Source of the DNA: Macrostomum hystrix
Lineage: Eukaryota; Animalia; Platyhelminthes
Assembly: GCA_950097015.1 (NCBI GenBank)
Contig: CATNEN010000010.1
Span: 434,001-498,000 of the forward strand
Direction: 5' to 3'
DNA: 64,000 nt
A model generated the notes under the pieces. The model worked only from the letters and a program-made list of their open reading frames with translations, made no database searches and was not told the origin of the DNA. The position numbers and the translations under genes were made by a program. Shown here in pieces: positions 57,798-64,000 of this stretch (positions within the stretch are counted from its first letter, which is position 1; each line of letters starts with the position of its first letter).

Positions 57798-59159
57798 TCA
57801 ACACCTGGCAGACGAATTCACCTTACTGGCGCCCATGCGACATCGATGCCTAGCGAGATAGGAAGAGCTTTTAAATCGCCTGCCGCAGCTGGAGCAACAG
57901 AATGGCATCTGGTCAGTGTGCAGCAGCATGTGCCTGCTAATGCCGCTGTGAAAACGAAATCTCTTGCCGCACACTTTGCACGAGTAAGGCTTCGCACCAG
58001 TGTGCACTCTGAGGTGAGTGACGAGGGCGCCCGCAAATGAGCATTTGTAGTCGCACAGTTTGCACTCGAATGGCTTCTCACCGGAGTGAACTCTGAGGTG
58101 TTGCTTGAGTATGCATCGATCTGTGCACTTGAAGTCGCACACATTGCAGTAGTGCAGCTTCTCACCAGTGTGCAGCTTGCTGTGCCTGCCGAGGTCGCTA
58201 GACTGCCTGTACCTTTTGCCGCAGATCCTGCAAGCGAAGGGCTTCTCACCCGTGTGCACTCTCATGTGAGTTTTGAGGTTCCCAGACTGACTAAATCTTC
58301 TTCCGCACACCTTGCAGAGGAAAGGCCGCTCGCCGCTGTGCACCTGGGCATGCGATGAGCTCTTGAATCTCTCGCCGCAGATATTGCACAAGTAAGGCCT
58401 GTCGCCGGTGTGCACTTTCCCGTGCACAGCAAGTGAGCTTCTGTCTCGGAACTTTTTGCCGCACTCGGTGCACTCAAACGGCTTCTCATCGGAGTGAGTG
58501 CGGATGTGTTTGGCGAGATGGTAAGCGGAAGCAAAGCCTTTGCCGCATTGCTGACATTGGGCAGGCCTATCTTTGTAGTGCACAGTTCTGATGTGGAATC
58601 TGACAGTGGACATTATGTGAAACCGTCTGTCGCAGATGCTACACTGGTACGGCCGCTCGCCACTGTGAATACGCTTGTGCACATTAAGGTGCCCCTTCTG
58701 AGCAAAAGCTCTGCCGCACTGCAGACACTTGTGCGGCTTCTCCTCTCTGTGCTCATCCGCTATCTGAGTGCTCAGAGGGTGCCTCTCGCCAGTTTGCGAC
58801 CTCTTGCGAAGCTTGAAATGACTGATCAAGGCGAATCTATTGCCGCGGTGCTCGCATGAGTAGCCCTTCTTATCCGCAGTGTCGGCAGCTCCGCCTGAAC
58901 TAACACTCAAATCACTCGGCGAATCCCTGTCAGGATCACAGATGATCCGTACACCATCGATCACTAGCTGCTCGGGCATCATTGCTGACTCATCCGGAGA
59001 CTCCTGCCGCTCCGCTGCCGCTGTGCCTTCCGAACTGGTCTCCGGCCCACCTGATTCGCGGCCAAGTCCGTGCGACTCCGCGTGGCGTAGGTAACCCGCT
59101 AGGCGGCGCTTGCTGAACCGCCTTGGGCAGACGGGGCAGGAAATGGACCTCTGCTGCAT
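57798..59159 (-). CDS. Krueppel-type multi-C2H2 zinc-finger protein (about 11 tandem fingers plus degenerate N-terminal fingers)
   Basis: Repeated CxxC...HxxxH with HTGEKPF linkers; ATG at 59159 directly after an acceptor-like TTGCAG; single exon. Confidence 0.9.
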   Translation of the reverse strand: MQQRSISCPVCPRRFSKRRLAGYLRHAESHGLGRESGGPETSSEGTAAAERQESPDESAMMPEQLVIDGVRIICDPDRDSPSDLSVSSGGAADTADKKGYSCEHRGNRFALISHFKLRKRSQTGERHPLSTQIADEHREEKPHKCLQCGRAFAQKGHLNVHKRIHSGERPYQCSICDRRFHIMSTVRFHIRTVHYKDRPAQCQQCGKGFASAYHLAKHIRTHSDEKPFECTECGKKFRDRSSLAVHGKVHTGDRPYLCNICGERFKSSSHAQVHSGERPFLCKVCGRRFSQSGNLKTHMRVHTGEKPFACRICGKRYRQSSDLGRHSKLHTGEKLHYCNVCDFKCTDRCILKQHLRVHSGEKPFECKLCDYKCSFAGALVTHLRVHTGAKPYSCKVCGKRFRFHSGISRHMLLHTDQMPFCCSSCGRRFKSSSYLARHRCRMGASKVNSSARC

Positions 59160-59253
59160 CTGCAAGGCAGCACACGCATCTCAATAGCTTGCGAGATCAA
59201 TTACAGATGCATTGATTGGGCTAAGAATGAGGCCAGACATCGCCCGTAAGGTA

Positions 59254-59385
59254 AAGGGTGTAAATTGCACGACAAGCCCCTAAGCCTTCTCTCCGCGGCT
59301 GCGTCCCAATTTGATGTGGCCTCGCTGCGGAATCGAGCTCAGGGACCTTGGTGTGAGAGGCGAACGCATTCTGCAACCGACCCCC
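59254..59385 (-). mobile_element. tRNA-derived SINE, family 2, copy B (partial)
   Basis: Reverse complement aligns to 55808-55945: ...GCCTCTCACACCAAGGTCCCTGAGCTCGATTCCGCAGCGAGGCCACAT...GGGGCTTGTCGT...AATTTACACCCTT. Confidence 0.62.
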
Positions 59386-59862
59386 ATTCGAGGATAATGT
59401 TCGATTCTAAAAATTGGGTCCTATCGTATATTATACGTCGTGCACTTACAAATTCAAAATAAATTATGCTTTAAAACGAGTGGCTGCAGGGCCTAGCGAG
59501 AGCACAGCTCGGACGCTGTTGAATTTATTTTCAGACAGTCAATAGGAATTGAGGAATGTGCACGAAAGTGATGGATGAGCTGAAATCTAAGCTATATAAA
59601 CACATAAAATGTGCAATAACGAATCAGGAATAAACAGGAATAAACTAAGGCACTGGTAGGCGCAGTCGCTAAGCAGAGAATAAACTACTTGCAAAATTGG
59701 ATTAAAATCGAATTATTTATTCCAACTTTGTCTAAGCAATACACAATATGAGCTGACAGAACAGTTTAGAATGTGGAATAAAATGAAGTAGAATAGAGGA
59801 GAATAAAATGAAACTTATAGGCGAATCTGTTTTAAATCAAGGCAAAACTGAATCAGCATCAA

Positions 59863-60625
59863 TGTGTGTGCGTGTGTGTGTGAGAGTGTGTGTGTGAGTG
59901 TGTGTGTGTGTGAGAGTGTGTGTGAGAGTGTGTGTGTGAGAGTGAGTGTGAGAGTGAGTGTGTGTGTGAGTGTGTGTGCGTGTGTGTGTGAGAGTGTGTG
60001 TGTGTGAGAGTGTGTGAGTGTGTGTGCGTGTGTGTGCGTGTGTGTGTGCGTGTGTGCGTGTGTGTGTGAGTGTGTGTGTGAGAGTGAGTGTGAGAGTGAG
60101 TGTGTGTGTGAGTGTGTGTGCGTGTGTGTGTGAGAGTGTGTGTGTGTGAGAGTGTGTGAGTGTGTGTGCGTGTGTGTGTGCGTGTGTGTGTGAGTGTGTG
60201 TGTGAGAGTGTGTGTGTGTGTGAGAGTGTGTGTGTGTGAGAGTGTGTGTGTGTGAGAGTGTGTGTGTGTGAGAGTGTGTGTGTGTGAGAGTGTGTGTGTG
60301 TGAGAGTGTGTGTGTGTGAGAGTGTGTGTGTGTGAGAGTGTGTGTGTGTGAGAGTGTGTGTGTGCGTGTGTGTGTGAGTGTGTGTGTGAGAGTGAGTGTG
60401 AGTGTGTGTGTGAGAGTGTGTGTGAGAGTGAGTGTGTGTGTGTGTGAGTGAGTGTGTGTGAGAGTGTGTGTGTGAGTGTGAGTGTGTGTGAGTGAGTGTG
60501 TGTGTGTGTGTGAGTGAGTGTGTGTGAGTGAGTGTGAGTGTGAGTGTGTGTGAGTGTGTGTGAGTGTGTGTGAGTGAGTGTGAGTGTGTGAGAGTGTGTG
60601 CGAGTGTGAGTGTGCGTGTGTGTAA
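59863..60625. repeat. Imperfect (GT)n microsatellite
   Basis: Directly visible. Confidence 0.97.
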
Positions 60626-60754
60626 CAGCCAGCCAGGTGTCAGTCGTTGACAGCAGTAAAAAGTAAAAAGCTTAAGAGCTAATCACTTGATCATGGATAT
60701 TTAGAGACGCTAGGGATAAAGCACTATCACCGTCGGTTTGAAGCTATTCGACGA

Positions 60755-63700
60755 TCACGTGACCGGCAGGATGCGGCGCGCAGCGAGGCATCGCCGAAGC
60801 CACCCGACGGTGCCCACAACGGGTCCGGGCGTTGTGCCATCCTCCTCATCGTCTTCTGCGGCATCGTCAGGCCGCACCAAATGCGTAGCGTCGGCTGCAT
60901 CGTCGACAACGTCGCCGTCGTAAGCGTAGATCAAGCGTTCGAGCTCGCGACGATCGGCCTGAGGCACACCGCTAGCGAAGAATATCCGCGCCGACTTTAA
61001 GGCGTCTGGCAGCTGCAGCCGCTGTCGCTTAGGTGGCGACGCCTCCGCCGCGTCCGCCACCGCCTTCTTGCCGAGCGGCCCGGATTTTCCTGCCTTCGAC
61101 GGCGGCGGCGGCGCCGCGTCTTCGTCGTCGTCCTCACTGCATGCAGCGTCCTCGTCCGCGTCTTCGTCTCCGTCGTCGGCGCCGGTGAATCGCTTTGACT
61201 CCGCTGCGAGTTTGAGCAGCCGGGCCAGGTTGGTGGCCTCCCGCCAGGTCTTGTCGTCGCGCACCTTCGTGACGCGTGGAAACCGGATGCCGACGCCGCC
61301 GGCCGTGTGCTGCGACGAGTGGGAGAACTCGGCGCCGGTGATCTCCCAAACCGGGGAGGCCTTCGGGTCGCGCACCAGACAGTCGGGCAGGAGGCCGCTG
61401 CTGCAGCGCAGCCAGCTCGGCGGGTTGCGGCGGTCGCACCTGAAGAATTGATTTTGGTCACGTGACCATATTTAAGACAAAAAAGCGATCACGTGACCTC
61501 TCATTTAACCTTCCGAGGATCTAACTAGCTTCACATGGTCAAGAATAATATTAATAATAAATGATTACACCTGCCACAATCCGGACAGATGTGCAGCCGA
61601 CAGCACAGTCACGGCTATTGAGTGGCACATCTGAAGGCTGCTTATGCTAATCAGTCCATGGACTGGGGGGACGCCACACCCGCACCATCAGTTACCACAG
61701 TTGATGCTATTTAGTGGAGTCGGGAATCGAACCCCCGATCGTTAAGTCGTGAGCCCGCCGCCCTAACCGCTAGGCTACAACCCATTATATGGCACGCACT
61801 TGACCCAGTCGATGCTCTTCTGCAGTTTGGCCACCGTGGCATCGTCGAAGCCGTTGCCACATTTGCAGACGGTCCGCCAGGCGCCTTCGCCATCGTGACA
61901 GCCCATGAGAAAGACGGACAGCTGGCCGCCTTTGCTGCCCGTGCCATAGTAGCCACCCAGCACCACCAAGTCAGCGGAGTCGGCCATGGCGCCGTCGTGC
62001 AGGTAGTCCTTCTTCATCTTCAGCCAGTGCCGCTTGCCGGGTTCGTACACGCCGTCCAGCGACTTCAGCACCAGGCCTTCGAGGCCTTCGTTAAAGACGC
62101 GCTTTAAAAGGCGCTCAAGCGGAGCCGGACTGCGAATCAGCTCCGCCTCGGACAGGTGAACTCGGTGCTTCACCTCCTTCATGCTGCGCTCCAGCACCTG
62201 GGATTCGATCCAGGAGTGACAGAGTGAGGAGTGATGGAATTTTGTGAACTACAAGCACTCATCTACCTTAGAGTTGCCGAGCAATATTAAGCTAAGCTAC
62301 AAGAGCACTTTACCAACATAAAAGTACAAGAGCGTTTACTTCGCGTCTCTCCTTGAGCGGCCGCAGCATGAGGTTGTCGTTATTGAACTGCAGACAGTCG
62401 AACACAAACAGGCACACCGTGGCGTCCTTGAACGCTTCCTTCTTGTGCCGGCCGAGGGTGCCGAAAGGCAGCGGCTTGTCAGTCTTGGTGTCCATCAGCA
62501 GCACCTCGGTGTCCACAATGAGATTGTCACCGCTGGGAAATGCGCGCGGAATAAACTCCTTGAGGTGAGCGACCTGCGGCGGGAAGATGATGGGATTTTA
62601 GTGGTGTGGAATTTCGATAATCACAATTAAAAAGGATTTTAGGCCTGAGATTCGACATTACGGACTCAACTGAAAATGAAGATATATTTTATTAGCTTTA
62701 GGCCCTAGAATGTGGATAGTGGGATAAGTGGATAGTGGGATAAGTGGATAGTGGGATAAGTGGATAGTGGGATAAGTGGATAGTGGGATAAGTGGATAGT
62801 GGGATAAGTGGATAGTGGGATAAGTGGAAAGTGGGATAAATGGAAAGTGGGATAAGTGGAAAGTGGGATAAGTGGATAGTGGGATAAGTGGATAGTGGGA
62901 TAAGTGGAAAGTGGGATAAATGGAAAGTGGGATAAATGGAAAGTGGGATAAGTTTGGATAGTGGGATTTGGAGTGAAATGGAGGGATCTGAGAGGGGTCG
63001 AGGAACTAGAATGGGGGACAATGGGATTTAGTGGGATTTTAATGAGAATAGGGTACTTCGAGGGGGGATAGTGGCTTCTCAAAAGCAATGTGGTGTAAAT
63101 ATATTACGGAAGGGATTCGAGAATTCTTGATAATCAAAGACTGCGGCTTAATATAGATATTTTACTAAATGCTTTTTCGCGAAAACTTTTTGGGATATGC
63201 TCCGTTTCGGAATGCGGCCGTGAGTGCTCCGTACTCACCTTGTGAGGCTGCACGGGCTTCAGGGAGCGGCTGAAATATGAGAACTGCTGGCCCTGCTTGT
63301 GCACCTGCACCCGCTCGCCGTCGTATTTGATTTCAGCGTAGAAGCCGTTGGGACAGCGGCGCATGGCCTGCAGAGTTGAGAGCGAGAGAAAACTCTGGCG
63401 TCACGTGAATGGAAGAATTTGGGACAGTGCGCGATGATGTGTAGTGGGATTATGGATACTGGGGATAATGAGGTGGGATTATGGATACTGGGGATAATGA
63501 GGTGGGATTATGGATACTGGGGATAATGAGGGTGGGATTTGGATACTGGGGATAATGAGGTGGGATTATGGATACTGGGGATAATGAGGTGGGATTTGGA
63601 TACTGGGGATGATGAGGGTGGGATTTGGATACTGGGGATAATGAGGGTGGGATTTGGATACTGGGGATGATGAGGTGGGATTATGGATACTGGGGATAAT

Positions 63701-64000
63701 GAGGGTGGGTTTTGGATACTGGGGATGATGAGGGTGGGGATGATAGGATATTTAGATAATATCTCATTGATATGGGACAGGACTGCCAACCTGTTCCACG
63801 GAGCGACATGCCTCGGCCAGCATTGGCAGCACAGGGGTCATGAGGGCGGCTCGCACGCTGAGGTTGCGTTTCACAGGGCTGGCCTTGGCGGCCAGGGCGC
63901 GCCAGAGAACGTCGTGCAGATTTCTGGAGGCCTGGTAGGCAGCGTAAGCGTTGGGGTCGATGGCGTCCAGGATGTGCTTGGCGCCGGCGTTCATGCGCAG
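60755..64000 (-). CDS. LIG3: DNA ligase III, 3' part (adenylation, OB-fold and BRCT domains); continues beyond the window
   Basis: Exons 63791-64000, 63239-63367 (EIKYDGER), 62340-62573, 61800-62197 (EGLEGLVLK, HWLKMKKDY), 60755-61439 (VWEITGAEFS, IRFPRV, BRCT-like tail). All GT-AG with consistent phases; follows human LIG3 closely. Confidence 0.96.
61565..61782 (-). mobile_element. tRNA-derived SINE, family 1, copy B (internally shorter), in the last LIG3 intron
   Basis: Same head GGTTGTAGCCTAG.GGTTAGGGCG...GGTTCGATTCCC.ACTCCA and tail CAGTCCATGGACTG...CTGCACATCTG...GGCAGGTGTAAT as copy A; lacks the central segment; no TSD seen. Confidence 0.78.
62715..62960. repeat. 16-bp minisatellite in a LIG3 intron
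   Basis: Unit GTGGATAGTGGGATAA. Confidence 0.95.
63440..63745. repeat. About 30-32-bp minisatellite in a LIG3 intron
   Basis: GGATTATGGATACTGGGGGATAATGAGGTG variants. Confidence 0.93.

Noticed and set aside
9285-63745. A general rule that arrays are C-rich on the sense strand
   Set aside because: Many fit, but the arrays at 17.4, 24.5 and 48.0 kb are G-rich on the sense strand.

Overview
AT/GC-mosaic animal genomic DNA with spliceosomal introns. The gene set, GC-rich exons and a private minisatellite in almost every intron suggest a flatworm such as Macrostomum; this is inference, not proven. Host genes on the minus strand, right to left: DNA ligase III (5'-truncated by the window), a multi-C2H2 zinc-finger gene, pirin, GNPNAT1, DTD2/ATD, an RDH13-like SDR, a weak three-exon candidate at 37.6-38.6 kb, a PALS1/MPP5-like MAGUK, and a diverged tandem PDZ-SH3-GK paralog stretched over 15 kb. 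On the plus strand: a partial membrane-protein ORF at the left edge and a two-exon secreted knottin-like peptide gene (10333-10679) that the ORF track misses. Mobile DNA: two Ty3/gypsy elements inside introns of the MAGUK paralog (one young, with 5-bp TSD and a non-canonical PBS that looks complementary to tRNA nucleotides 1-12; one with an intact 1260-aa ORF but no 5' LTR), a near-intact piggyBac with one nonsense codon, a decayed RTE-like LINE, and two tRNA-derived SINE families with two copies each. About 30 distinct tandem arrays account for most long ORFs in the track. All exon coordinates were read by eye from splice consensus and recalled homology; no database search was run.
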